From Candidatus Krumholzibacteriia bacterium (GTDB lineage: Bacteria > Krumholzibacteriota > Krumholzibacteriia > LZORAL124-64-63): a stretch of 34,437 nucleotides of DNA. The DNA lies in contig JAZBOO010000202.1 in the NCBI GenBank assembly GCA_036351155.1, positions 1 to 34,437 on the forward strand. Direction: 5' to 3'. The position numbers and the translations under genes were made by a program. This document shows positions 8,977 to 18,353 of this stretch, piece by piece (the stretch's first letter is position 1; the number at the start of each line of letters is the position of its first letter). A model generated the notes under the pieces. It saw nothing but the letters and a program-made list of their open reading frames with translations, was not told the origin of the DNA and ran no database searches.

Positions 8977-10737
8977 ATGTCCCGCGTTCAGCGCTGGAAC
9001 CAATTGCTCACCGGAGGTCTGGCCATCCTGGGCCTGGCGGCTCTGCTGGGCGCCTGCCTTCGGCCGGTCTGGCCCCGGTGGTCGGACAGTGTGGTGGGAC
9101 CTTTCGGGGGCATCGATGTGGTCCTGCAGGCCGGACTTCTGCAGTGGTCGGCCCACACCTGGTGGCAACCCGAAACCTGGGCCAATTTACCCATCTTTCA
9201 CCCGGTGCCGGGGGCCATTGGCTTCATGGACTCCCTGCTGGGGCAGGCCTGGCTGGTGTGGCCGTTGGCGGTTCTGTTCAACCCCACGGCAGCGGCCCTG
9301 TACAACACGGCTTTTCTGGGGAGCTTGATCCTCGCGGCTCTGGGCATGGCCTTTCTGTATCGGGCCTCGGGTGGGCGCTGGTGGGCGTCTCCCATCGCGG
9401 CCCTGGTCATGCTGGGCGCCCCCTACACCGCCGCTCAGCTGGGTCATCTCAACCAGTTACCCCCGCCATTCGTTCTGTTTTCCTTTGGCGCCCTGATCGC
9501 CGCCTTGCGCCGCCAGGATGCGGGCCTGCCCACCACGCGCTGGTGGTGGCTGCTGGCCCTGTTTCTGGTTTTGCAGGCGGCCTGGGGCTGGTACGGATTT
9601 GCCTACGCCGTCATCGGAGTGGCCGTCATCAAAACGGCCTGGCTGGTGCATCGTTCCCACGGGCGCACCCTGGGCTGGTCCCTCGTGTTTCAGGTCGTGC
9701 GGCGTGCCCTGATTCCTGCCGTTCTGGCCGCCATCGGCGTACTGGTGCTGGCCCAGCCTCAGCTGAAACTGGCCGATCGCTACTCCGACTTCTCCCGCAC
9801 CGACCTGGAAGTGCGCCAGGGCAGCGCGGACCTCCAGCATTTTCTGAATCGCGGCGTTTATCGCTCGGGCCCGGCGGACTGGGTGGGGCAAGGTCAGGTC
9901 GGACCGTCACGATATGAAGGTCAACCTCGGCAGGTTCTGCATCCGGGCTGGCTGGCCCTGGCGCTGGCTGGGCTGGGCTGGTGGCGCCGTGGGTATCTTC
10001 CCTTTCAGCAGCGTCGGCTGGGGCGCGCCCTGTTGGCCCTGGGGGTGGTCGGACTGGTGCTCTCGTTCGGCGATTCGATGGGCGTGCCCTTCACCAGCTG
10101 GCGCGTGCCCTTGCCTCTGGATGGCTTGCGTGAATTGATCCCGTCCTTCAAGGCCTTCCGTGCCGCCTGGCGCTTCAGCTGGCTGATGGTCATCGCCCTG
10201 TCCTGGTGGTCGGCGGTGGCGGTCCAGCAAATGGTGGAGCGGCAGGGTCATCGTCAGGTCCGTTCCTGGGGCCCGCCTCTTCTGATCGTGGTCCTGACCT
10301 TGCTGTCCCTGCCGGTTCAGGTGCCGGCCGTGGATCTGGAACTGGATGGCCGCTTGATTCCCGTGGGCCCCGCCGGCCGTGCGGCGGTGTTGACTTTGCC
10401 GGCGCCGGCCAGGGAATACGACGAGGATCAGACGGAAGCCCGCTGGCTGCTGCGCGCCATGGCCACGGGTCGGGCCACCACGGGAGGAGTCTCGGGCTGG
10501 GAGCCTCCGGAGGTGGCGGATTTACGGCGTCGGCTGGAAGCTTGCGAAAAAGGGCAAAGCGATGCTTCGGCTTTGCTGGAAGAGATGCATCGGGCGGGAT
10601 TCACCTGGGTGGAACTGGCCTTGCGGCCAGGTGATGGCGCGCGGTTGGAATTCTGGCGATCGGCGCTCAAAAAAAACGGGGCCCGCCGCCTTGACGACCA
10701 GCCCCATGAACTGTATGAAACCTACCGAATTGAATAG
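8977..10737 (+). CDS. Polytopic membrane protein, possibly GT-C/YfhO-like glycosyltransferase
   Basis: Many hydrophobic segments, an acidic Asp in the first loop (GGIDVV), FRAAWRF motif and a soluble C-terminal domain. TTGGTG-17-TATACT promoter-like site at 8913-8941. Family assignment is tentative. Confidence 0.55.
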   Translation: MSRVQRWNQLLTGGLAILGLAALLGACLRPVWPRWSDSVVGPFGGIDVVLQAGLLQWSAHTWWQPETWANLPIFHPVPGAIGFMDSLLGQAWLVWPLAVLFNPTAAALYNTAFLGSLILAALGMAFLYRASGGRWWASPIAALVMLGAPYTAAQLGHLNQLPPPFVLFSFGALIAALRRQDAGLPTTRWWWLLALFLVLQAAWGWYGFAYAVIGVAVIKTAWLVHRSHGRTLGWSLVFQVVRRALIPAVLAAIGVLVLAQPQLKLADRYSDFSRTDLEVRQGSADLQHFLNRGVYRSGPADWVGQGQVGPSRYEGQPRQVLHPGWLALALAGLGWWRRGYLPFQQRRLGRALLALGVVGLVLSFGDSMGVPFTSWRVPLPLDGLRELIPSFKAFRAAWRFSWLMVIALSWWSAVAVQQMVERQGHRQVRSWGPPLLIVVLTLLSLPVQVPAVDLELDGRLIPVGPAGRAAVLTLPAPAREYDEDQTEARWLLRAMATGRATTGGVSGWEPPEVADLRRRLEACEKGQSDASALLEEMHRAGFTWVELALRPGDGARLEFWRSALKKNGARRLDDQPHELYETYRIE

Positions 10738-10740
10738 CTT

Positions 10741-11199
10741 CTAATCGCAGCGAGGCACGGTCACCACGATGCACGGAGCCCGGCGCACCACCCGCTGGGC
10801 CACCGATCCGAAGACGATATGCGCCAGTCCCGTTCGTCCATGGGTGGCGATGCAGATGGCATCGACTTCCTCTTCCTCGGCCACCTTCAGGATTTCCTCG
10901 GCGGGACGCCCCATGCGGACAATGAGTTTGGGTGTGATATTGTCATCAAGGATCGAACTGCTCACTCGGGCCAGATTTTCCTCGGCATCCTTGATGACCT
11001 CGGCCTCGTAGGCGGTCACATCGAAGGTGACCTCGGAGGCTTCGCCGCGTGGCTTGGGCAACTTGGGAATCGGCTTGTGCACATTGACGATGATGATTTC
11101 CGACCCGTGGTTCACGGCCATTTCCCCACCCAGCTTGATGCCGCAATAAGAAGCTTCGCTGAAATCGGTGGGACACAGGATTTTCTTGAAAGGAAACAT
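10741..11199 (-). CDS. Universal stress protein (UspA family)
   Basis: FKKILCPTDFS, GRPAEEIL, IATHGRTGL..FGSVAQRVVRRAPCIV. Confidence 0.92.
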   Translation of the reverse strand: MFPFKKILCPTDFSEASYCGIKLGGEMAVNHGSEIIIVNVHKPIPKLPKPRGEASEVTFDVTAYEAEVIKDAEENLARVSSSILDDNITPKLIVRMGRPAEEILKVAEEEEVDAICIATHGRTGLAHIVFGSVAQRVVRRAPCIVVTVPRCD

Positions 11200-11283
11200 C
11201 AGCCAACCTCCGATTGATTCTCCCCGGCACCGCCGGGATCAAAAGCACACTTCGGCAATATAGCACATAAAGGCTTGTTGGAC

Positions 11284-11994
11284 ATGACCTTCTACAACGA
11301 ATTTTCCCGCCACTATGACACCGTGTTTCCCTTCCGACCTCAGGTGCGTGATTTCCTGCTGCGTTTTATCCCGATGCAGGGACAGGTGCTGGACATCGGC
11401 TGCGGTCCGGGCCGTTATTGTCAGGCTCTGACCGAGGCGGGGCGGCCCTGTCAGGGTATCGATCCCGACGAGGGAATGGTGGAGCGTGCCCGTGGCCAGT
11501 ATCCGGATCTGACCTTCCAGACCATGGGGATGGACGGTCTGGAGGCCTTCGCGCCGGGGTCTTTCCAGGGCGTGTTCTGTGTGGGGAATGTGCTGCCTCA
11601 CCTGCCGGCGGGACAGCTGGGCGGTTTTCTGGCCCAGGTCCGGAGAATCCTGGCCCCCGAGGGCGTCTGGCTGTTTCAGACGGTCAACTTCGACCCCCTG
11701 CTCGATCGCCGGGACCACCATTTTCCCGTGCGCAGTTTTTCGGAAGAAGGGCTGGAATTCCACCGCAGCTACCGGGGCATCACCGAGGATCATCTGGTGT
11801 TCTCCACGCGCCTGACCGCCGCGGGACGCGAGGTTTTTTCCGGCGAGGTGGACCTCTGTCCCCGGCGTGGTTCCCGGCTGTGGGCGGCGCATGCGGCCGC
11901 GGGATTCCGTTCCCTGGAAACCTTTGGCGATTTTGCCGGGTCGCCCTTCCAGGGCAGCACCAGCCCCGCCACCATCGGGGTGTACACACGGTGA
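11284..11994 (+). CDS. Class I SAM-dependent methyltransferase
   Basis: VLDIGCGPG motif I, GIDPD, FCVGNVLPHL, LAPEG. Start placed at ATG 11284 (TTG 11275 is an alternative). Confidence 0.88.
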   Translation: MTFYNEFSRHYDTVFPFRPQVRDFLLRFIPMQGQVLDIGCGPGRYCQALTEAGRPCQGIDPDEGMVERARGQYPDLTFQTMGMDGLEAFAPGSFQGVFCVGNVLPHLPAGQLGGFLAQVRRILAPEGVWLFQTVNFDPLLDRRDHHFPVRSFSEEGLEFHRSYRGITEDHLVFSTRLTAAGREVFSGEVDLCPRRGSRLWAAHAAAGFRSLETFGDFAGSPFQGSTSPATIGVYTR

Positions 11995-12007
11995 GGTCAG
12001 AAATCCG

Positions 12008-12036
12008 TTGTCATCAAGTGGGAAATGGCCTATCAT
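12008..12036 (+). promoter_or_regulatory. Sigma70-type promoter of trp leader/trpB
   Basis: TTGTCA-17 bp-TATCAT. Confidence 0.65.
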
Positions 12037-12070
12037 CATATCAAATATTGGAATCCACAGAGGTGATGCC

Positions 12071-12151
12071 TTGAAGCAAGCAGTGAACATCCTCATGAAC
12101 CGTCGCTGGTGGTGGCCCCACTGCCGGACGGTGAGGTGTGCGCTGAGGTAA
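12071..12151 (+). CDS. trpL: Trp attenuator leader peptide MKQAVNILMNRRWWWPHCRTVRCALR
   Basis: GAGGTG SD, TTG start (alternative ATG 12095), three consecutive TGG codons at 12107-12115, directly upstream of trpB. Confidence 0.85.
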   Translation: MKQAVNILMNRRWWWPHCRTVRCALR

Positions 12152-12207
12152 ATCCTGATTCAAAGCGCCAAACCGACCGCCGGCTTCGCAAGAAGGCCGG
12201 TTTTTTT
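12100..12207 (+). promoter_or_regulatory. Ribosome-mediated transcription attenuator (1:2, 2:3 and 3:4 helices)
   Basis: 1:2 CCGTC..TGGTGGTGG/CCACTGCCG-GACGG; antiterminator GCCGGACGGT (12123-12132) with ACCGCCGGC (12176-12184); terminator CCGGCTTC-GCAA-GAAGGCCGG plus T7 (12180-12207). Confidence 0.85.
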
Positions 12208-12227
12208 ATGTCCCAAAGGAGCCAGAC

Positions 12228-13493
12228 ATGTCCACATTCGATGCCCAGAATTTCAACGTTCCCGATCCGGAAGGATTCTTCGGTCCGTACGGCGGTCGCT
12301 TTGTGCCCGAGCCGTTGATGGCTCCTCTCGAGGAACTGACCACCGCGTTTCTGAAGTTCAAGAACGACGAAGAATTCAAGACCGAACTGGCCCACGAGTG
12401 CCAATCGTACAGCGGCCGACCCACGCCCCTTTACCATGCCGAACGCCTGAGCGAGCACCTCGGGTTCCGTGTTCTGCTGAAACGCGAGGATCTGAACCAC
12501 CTGGGCGCCCACAAGCTGAACAATTGCCTGGGCCAGGCCTTGCTGGCCCGACGCATGGGCAAGAAAAAACTGATCGCCGAAACCGGTGCCGGTCAGCATG
12601 GAGTGGCCACCGCAGCGGTGGCGGCACGCCTGGGTCTGGAATGCGATGTGTACATGGGCGAGGAGGACATGCGGCGCCAGCAACCCAACGTGACCCGGAT
12701 TCGCCTGATGGGGGCCCGCGTGATCCCGGCCACCACGGGAGATCGCACCCTGACGGCCGCGGTGGATGAGGCCATTGGGGCCTGGGTGAAGGAGGCCGAC
12801 AGTGCCTTTTACCTGCTGGGCTCGGTGGTCGGACCCCATCCGTATCCCTTGATGGTGCGGCATTTCCAGGCCGTCATCGGCCAGGAAGCCAGGGCCCAGA
12901 TGCTGGATGAGTATGGAAAGCTGCCGGATCTGATCACCGCCTGTGCCGGGGGCGGCAGCAATGCCATCGGGTTGTTTCACGCCTTCTTGCAGGACGAGCA
13001 GGTGAAGATCGTGGGGGTCGAGGCTGCGGGCAGCGGCGTGGATTCGGACCGTCATGCGGCCACCCTGACGGTGGGCAAGCCCCGGGTCATCCACGGCATG
13101 AAAACTTACTGCATCGAGGAGGGCACCGTGACTGCGGAGGGCAATCACTGCATCGCTGCGGGGCTGGACTATCCTGGGATCGGACCGGAGCACAGCTACC
13201 TCAAGGACCTGGGTCGGGTGCAGTACGAGGCGGTGACCGACGTGGAGGTGATGGAAGCTTTCGGCAAGCTGTGTCGGTACGAGGGCATCATTCCCGCCCT
13301 GGAAAGCAGCCATGCCCTGGCCTATCTGGAACGGCTGAAAGGGGAGCTGTCCTCCGACGCCACGGTGCTGGTGAATCTTTCCGGCCGTGGCGACAAGGAC
13401 ATGGAGGAATTCACCCGCAGGCGGCTCGAGGGCACCGTGAACGCCGGGACAGAGAGCCCGGTGGCCAGGGTGACCAAGGGATTGTTCTGCTAG
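12228..13493 (+). CDS. trpB: Tryptophan synthase beta chain (stand-alone, no adjacent trpA)
   Basis: GFFGPYGGRFVPE, GRPTPL, LKREDLNHLGAHKLNN (PLP Lys), AETGAGQHG, GGGSNA, AGLDYPG, EGIIPALES, NLSGRGDKD. Confidence 0.95.
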   Translation: MSTFDAQNFNVPDPEGFFGPYGGRFVPEPLMAPLEELTTAFLKFKNDEEFKTELAHECQSYSGRPTPLYHAERLSEHLGFRVLLKREDLNHLGAHKLNNCLGQALLARRMGKKKLIAETGAGQHGVATAAVAARLGLECDVYMGEEDMRRQQPNVTRIRLMGARVIPATTGDRTLTAAVDEAIGAWVKEADSAFYLLGSVVGPHPYPLMVRHFQAVIGQEARAQMLDEYGKLPDLITACAGGGSNAIGLFHAFLQDEQVKIVGVEAAGSGVDSDRHAATLTVGKPRVIHGMKTYCIEEGTVTAEGNHCIAAGLDYPGIGPEHSYLKDLGRVQYEAVTDVEVMEAFGKLCRYEGIIPALESSHALAYLERLKGELSSDATVLVNLSGRGDKDMEEFTRRRLEGTVNAGTESPVARVTKGLFC

Positions 13494-13550
13494 CTTAGAT
13501 CTTGATTTCTTGGCCTTGCGCTGGTATTTCTGAAGAGTACGGAACATTGG

Positions 13551-13590
13551 GAAGGTGGGGCGGTTTCTTCAGGGAACCGCCACCTTTCTG
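13551..13590 (+). terminator. Hairpin after trpB (terminator, or 5' stem of the next transcript)
   Basis: AAGGTGG..CGGTT/AACCGCCACCTT stem followed by only a short T run. Confidence 0.45.
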
Positions 13591-13612
13591 TCCCTCCAGA
13601 TGAGGAGTTTCC

Positions 13613-14812
13613 ATGCGGAAGAAGGATCTCCGCGGGTTGCGCCACGCGCTCACTCTCGTTTTTCTCACATTGGCTTGCCTGTATTTGCTTTTCCCGTCGC
13701 TGGTGCTGGCCGATGATGACGCCGAATCTGCCGCCACCCCTGCCGGTCCGGCCGAGCTGACGGGAGATTTCAAGGCTGCCATTGTTATCGATGCGGACAC
13801 CGGGTTGACCATGGTGGCCCACAACGCCCATGAACGTCGCCAGCCCGCCTCCATGCTCAAGATGATGACCGAGCTGATCGTGCTGGAACACGTGGATTCG
13901 GGGGATATGTCCCTCACCGAGATGGTGAAGGTGTCCGCCAGGGCCAGCAACATGGGTGGGTCACAGGTTTACCTCAAGCACAACACAGAGTTCAGCGTGG
14001 AAGACCTGTTGCGGGCTCTGGCCATCCATTCGGCCAACGATGCGGCGGTGGCCCTGGCCGAGCATGTGGCCGGCAGCGTCGAAGCTTTTGTGGACCTGAT
14101 GAACATGAAGGCCAAGGAACTGGGGATGAACGACACCGAGTTCCATTCCGTTCATGGCCTCCCCGCCGGCTGGAAGCAGGAGCCTGACCTGACCACGGCG
14201 CACGACCTGGCCATTCTGGGACGCGAGTTGATCAAGCATCCCAAGGCGCTGGAGTGGTCCTCGACCAAGACGGCCCCCTTCAAGAACGGCACCTTCACCA
14301 CCCTGTACAATCCCAACAAGCTGATAGGGACCTATCGGGGCCTCGATGGCATCAAGACCGGATTCACCGGCCCGGCAGGGTTTTGCGTGACAGCCTCGGC
14401 GGTGCAGCAGGGCAAGCGGTTGATCTCGGTGGTCATGGGCTGTTCCACCGATAAAGCACGAGCCACTGAAACCACCCGCCTGTTGAGCTACGGCTTCAAC
14501 GCCTTCGTCCAGGTGACGGTGATTCCCCAGGCCGGGGCCTTGCTCGAACAGCCCCTACCCTTGAAGGGCGCCAAGAAGAAAACCGCCCAGGTGGCTTACG
14601 GAGAAAGCTTGACCGTGAGCGTGCCCCGCGGCCGCGAAAACGACCTGAAAACCGACCTGCAGCTTCCCGGGAAGGTGGAGGCGCCCCAGGTGAAGGGGGC
14701 CGAGGTCGGGTTCGCCGTGGTGACTCTCGATGGGCGGGAGATGGGCCGTGTGCCCCTGGTCCTCACGGAAATGGTGGAAAAGGGTAATTGGTGGAACCGT
14801 TTGATGAACTAG
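13613..14812 (+). CDS. dacA: D-alanyl-D-alanine carboxypeptidase (S11, PBP5/6 family)
   Basis: SxxK (ASMLK), SxN (SAND), KTG (GIKTGFT), N-terminal signal and PBP5 C-terminal domain. Confidence 0.9.
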   Translation: MRKKDLRGLRHALTLVFLTLACLYLLFPSLVLADDDAESAATPAGPAELTGDFKAAIVIDADTGLTMVAHNAHERRQPASMLKMMTELIVLEHVDSGDMSLTEMVKVSARASNMGGSQVYLKHNTEFSVEDLLRALAIHSANDAAVALAEHVAGSVEAFVDLMNMKAKELGMNDTEFHSVHGLPAGWKQEPDLTTAHDLAILGRELIKHPKALEWSSTKTAPFKNGTFTTLYNPNKLIGTYRGLDGIKTGFTGPAGFCVTASAVQQGKRLISVVMGCSTDKARATETTRLLSYGFNAFVQVTVIPQAGALLEQPLPLKGAKKKTAQVAYGESLTVSVPRGRENDLKTDLQLPGKVEAPQVKGAEVGFAVVTLDGREMGRVPLVLTEMVEKGNWWNRLMN

Positions 14813-14878
14813 GTTGTTTAAATTTCAACTGGGCCATCCAGTGGGAAGCGCCGGGGTCGAAAATACCATGACAAACGG

Positions 14879-14955
14879 GTGACAACCCTCGACCCGTGGG
14901 TTATATTCAGACCTCAGCTTTCAACCAATCAACGGATCATGCAGTTTCTGCATGA
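14879..14955 (+). promoter_or_regulatory. Putative promoter and operator-like palindrome upstream of cytochrome c
   Basis: GTGACA-17-TATATT (14879-14907); TCATGCAG-TTT-CTGCATGA (14937-14955). Confidence 0.4.
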
Positions 14956-14969
14956 CTCGAGGAGGAATC

Positions 14970-15524
14970 ATGAGTCGCAAATTTGTCGCCTTGGTCGCTA
15001 TCGCCGTCGTTGGCGGGTTGATGACAGGTATGGTGTCCGACGCCGTGGCTGGCCACGAAATCATTGGTGCCCCGAAATGCAAGATGTGCCACAAGGCCAA
15101 GACCGGTGACCAGTGGGAGATCTGGACCACTTCGGCCCACGCGGGCGCCTTCGCCACCCTGGCTTCCGAGGAATCCAAGAAGATCGCTGCCGACAAGGGC
15201 CTGGGCGATCCCCAGAAGGAAGAGGCTTGCCTGAAGTGCCACGCCACTCACGCCTTCCTGGGCCGTGACGTCGTGGTGGATGCCAAGGGAAAATATGAAG
15301 ACGCCGAGGGTGTGGGCTGCGAGGCCTGCCACGGCCCCGGCTCGGACTACAAGAGCAAGAAGGTCATGATGGATTCGGCCGCTGCCAAGGCCGCCGGCCT
15401 GATCATGGACAAAAGCGAGGCCTTTTGTGTGACATGCCATAACGAGGAAAGCCCCACCTTCAAGGGTTTCGACTTCGCTGCCCGCTGGGAAGAGATCAAG
15501 CACCCGGTGCCCGAAGAGAAGTAA
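14970..15524 (+). CDS. Periplasmic tetraheme cytochrome c (c554-like)
   Basis: Four CxxCH motifs (CKMCH, CLKCH, CEACH, CVTCH), GVGCEACHGPGS, signal peptide and GGAGG SD. Confidence 0.9.
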   Translation: MSRKFVALVAIAVVGGLMTGMVSDAVAGHEIIGAPKCKMCHKAKTGDQWEIWTTSAHAGAFATLASEESKKIAADKGLGDPQKEEACLKCHATHAFLGRDVVVDAKGKYEDAEGVGCEACHGPGSDYKSKKVMMDSAAAKAAGLIMDKSEAFCVTCHNEESPTFKGFDFAARWEEIKHPVPEEK

Positions 15525-15575
15525 TCCGGTGAGCCGGTCACTGAATTCGCCGGGTTCGGAGGAGTCAAACCGCTG

Positions 15576-16979
15576 ATGCATTTGCGAAAAAGTGATCGCG
15601 ACGGGAATAGCCCCACTGCCTCGTGGCAGTGGGGCTTTGTGTTCCTGGTCGGAATGGTGGTTCTGATTGCCCTCTCAGGGTGCACTCCCGCCCGTACCAT
15701 CACAGGTGGTTCGGCCGACCCGACCAACCCTGCCAACTGGCTGGACCAGGCGGAGGCCCGGCAGCGCCAGGGCGATTACCTGGGGACGGTCGGCGCCCTG
15801 GAGAATGCGGCCGCGGCGATTCGCTCCCTGCCGGAAAACGTCCCATCCGAGGAAAAGCGCGAGGCCCAGCGCCGGACGGCCCTGCTGCGCGCCTGGCTGC
15901 ACTATGATCGAGCCGAATATCGCGAGGCCATGCGCTGGGTGCGGGCAGGTGATACCGCCTCCCCGGGCGATATCCAGATCCGCCGCATCAAGGGACTGGT
16001 GGCCGGAAGCCTGGGCAATCGCTCCCAGGCCCACGAGGTGGCCGGGGACATGATCCGCACCGATCGATCCGATCCGGACGCCGACTGGGTGCTGGCCGTG
16101 CTGGATCGCGCCCAGGGTCGATACCGCGAAGCCTTCAATTTCATTGCCTCGCTGCGTCCGGACCACGAGCGATCGGCGGCCTGTTTCCGGGACAAGGGGT
16201 TGATCGCCGAGCATCTCCAGGAATGGGCCTACGCCCGCCGCTGGTATGCCGAGGCGGCCTCATCTCAGCCTGGCAACGCGACCTTGCTGCGCCTGGATCA
16301 TCCCCGCCTGGAGCCGGGCCCTGCGGACAGCGACCAGCCCATCTGGCTGGCCGATGACCGCTACTTCGTGACCGGATCCCTGAGTGCCTATGCCGCCCTG
16401 GCGCTCAACCGATTCGACCAGTCCTCGGATCCCGTCATTCACGAGTTCTGGGCCGGCCAGGTGGTGGACGCCGCGGGCATCCTTTTGCGCATGGACATGG
16501 ACAGGGCCTGGTCCCTGCGGGCGCGCGGCCTGGTGTTTGGCGACAAGGAAATGACCCGACGCGCTCTCAAGGACCTGCGGAAGGCCAAAAATCTGCTGGG
16601 TGGGCAACCTCGACAGGACGGCCGCATCGAGGCCATGATCGGCCACCTGCATCTGGTGCAAGAGCAGCCCGAGGAGGCCCTGGGCCCCCTGCGAGAGGCG
16701 GTGGATTTGAATCCGGAAAACGCCACCGCCTGGAGTGATCTCGGGCTTTGCCATATCATGGATGGCCAGCGCGACCTGGCCGCCGATGCACTGACCCGCG
16801 CGCTGGAGCTGGATCCTTTGCTGGCCACAGCCTGGTACAACCGGGGTCTGATGAATCTGCACGCGGGGGACCTGGACCAGGCCGAATCCGACCTGGAAGA
16901 GGCGGCGCGTCTGACCCCGGACAACACCGATGTGGCCCGTCTACTCCAGCAGGTCCACCTGCGGCGGCGCCAGAAATAG
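15576..16979 (+). CDS. Tetratricopeptide-repeat lipoprotein
   Basis: Lipobox LSGC; C-terminal TPRs (AWSDLG..A..AL.RALELDP, AWYNRG). Start codon uncertain. Confidence 0.75.
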   Translation: MHLRKSDRDGNSPTASWQWGFVFLVGMVVLIALSGCTPARTITGGSADPTNPANWLDQAEARQRQGDYLGTVGALENAAAAIRSLPENVPSEEKREAQRRTALLRAWLHYDRAEYREAMRWVRAGDTASPGDIQIRRIKGLVAGSLGNRSQAHEVAGDMIRTDRSDPDADWVLAVLDRAQGRYREAFNFIASLRPDHERSAACFRDKGLIAEHLQEWAYARRWYAEAASSQPGNATLLRLDHPRLEPGPADSDQPIWLADDRYFVTGSLSAYAALALNRFDQSSDPVIHEFWAGQVVDAAGILLRMDMDRAWSLRARGLVFGDKEMTRRALKDLRKAKNLLGGQPRQDGRIEAMIGHLHLVQEQPEEALGPLREAVDLNPENATAWSDLGLCHIMDGQRDLAADALTRALELDPLLATAWYNRGLMNLHAGDLDQAESDLEEAARLTPDNTDVARLLQQVHLRRRQK

Positions 16980-16988
16980 GGACCATTC

Positions 16989-18251
16989 ATGTCAATTTTC
17001 GATATCATCGCCCTGCTCATGACCCTGGCGGCCGTGTTCGGCTACGTGAACCACCGCTGGCTCAAGCTGGCACCCACGGTGGGACTGATGATGATCAGCC
17101 TGGTCAGTTCCCTGGGCATCATGGGGCTGCACTGGGTTTTTCCCAAGCTGGAAATCGTGAACGAGCTCCAGGCGGTTCTGGGCAACATCGATTTCAACGA
17201 GGCCCTCATGCACGGCATGCTGGGCTTCCTGCTCTTTGCCGGAGCGCTGCATGTCGACCTGGAATATTTCGTGCGACGCAAGGGCACCATCGCCTCGCTG
17301 GCCACCGTGGGGCTGCTGATTTCCACCTTTCTGGTGGGCGGCCTTTCCTGGCTGGTTTTCGGGTGGCTGGGTTTGCACGCCTCGTTCCTGGCTTGCCTCA
17401 TTTTCGGTTCCCTGATTTCTCCCACCGACCCCATCGCCGTCATGGGCACTCTCAAGACCTTGAATGCCCCCAAGGGCCTGGAAGCCAACATCGCCGGTGA
17501 GTCGCTGTTCAACGACGGAGTTGCGGTGGTCGTATTCACCGGACTGGTGACCTTGCTGGCTGGAAGTCATGGAGGGGGACATGGAGCGCACGAGGAAACC
17601 ATGGGGGCCATGGACATGCTGGTCTTCTTCCTGCGTGAGGCGGGAGGGGGTGCGGTGCTGGGCCTGGTCTCCGGTTACATCGCCTACCGCATGATGCTGA
17701 GCATCGACGACCACATCGTCGAGGTGATGATCACCCTGGCCCTGGTCATGGGCAGCTACAGCCTGGCCTGGGCCCTGCACGTGTCCGGGCCCATCGCCGT
17801 TGTGGTGTCGGGCATCCTGATCGGCAACCGGGGGCGCGCCTTTGCCATGAGCGACAGTGTGGCTGACTACCTGGAAAAATTCTGGGAGCTCATCGACGAA
17901 ATTTTGAACGCCCTGCTGTTCATGCTCATCGGTGTGGAGGTGCTGGTGGTGGCCTTCAACGGCAAGGGTCTGCTGGCAGGATTCATCACCATCGCCATCG
18001 TCCTGGGCGCGCGCTTCGTCAGCGTGGCGGTGCCGATCTCGATCATCGGCTTGCGCAGCCAGTTCCCCCGGGGTGTGGTCCGCATCTTGACCTGGGCCGG
18101 GTTGCGCGGCGGTATCTCGGTGGCGCTGGCCCTGTCCCTGCCGCCCATCCCCGAGAAGAATCTGATCCTGACCTGCACCTACCTGGTGGTGCTGTTCTCC
18201 ATCATCGTGCAGGGCCTCACCATCAAGAAGGTGCTGAGGAAGTTGCTGTGA
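16989..18251 (+). CDS. nhaP: Na+(K+)/H+ antiporter, CPA1/NhaP family
   Basis: FLLFAGAL, ISPTDPIAV, GESLFNDG, WAGLRGGISVALALSLP, SIIVQGLT. Confidence 0.9.
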   Translation: MSIFDIIALLMTLAAVFGYVNHRWLKLAPTVGLMMISLVSSLGIMGLHWVFPKLEIVNELQAVLGNIDFNEALMHGMLGFLLFAGALHVDLEYFVRRKGTIASLATVGLLISTFLVGGLSWLVFGWLGLHASFLACLIFGSLISPTDPIAVMGTLKTLNAPKGLEANIAGESLFNDGVAVVVFTGLVTLLAGSHGGGHGAHEETMGAMDMLVFFLREAGGGAVLGLVSGYIAYRMMLSIDDHIVEVMITLALVMGSYSLAWALHVSGPIAVVVSGILIGNRGRAFAMSDSVADYLEKFWELIDEILNALLFMLIGVEVLVVAFNGKGLLAGFITIAIVLGARFVSVAVPISIIGLRSQFPRGVVRILTWAGLRGGISVALALSLPPIPEKNLILTCTYLVVLFSIIVQGLTIKKVLRKLL

Positions 18252-18353
18252 CCTGCCAATTCCAACTGGTTGGAAAATGATTCGCGCTGGAATTCGCGGA
18301 ACCCCTCCCGTAGAATAGTGATTGTCATCAATCATTTATGGAGGGGGATTTCC

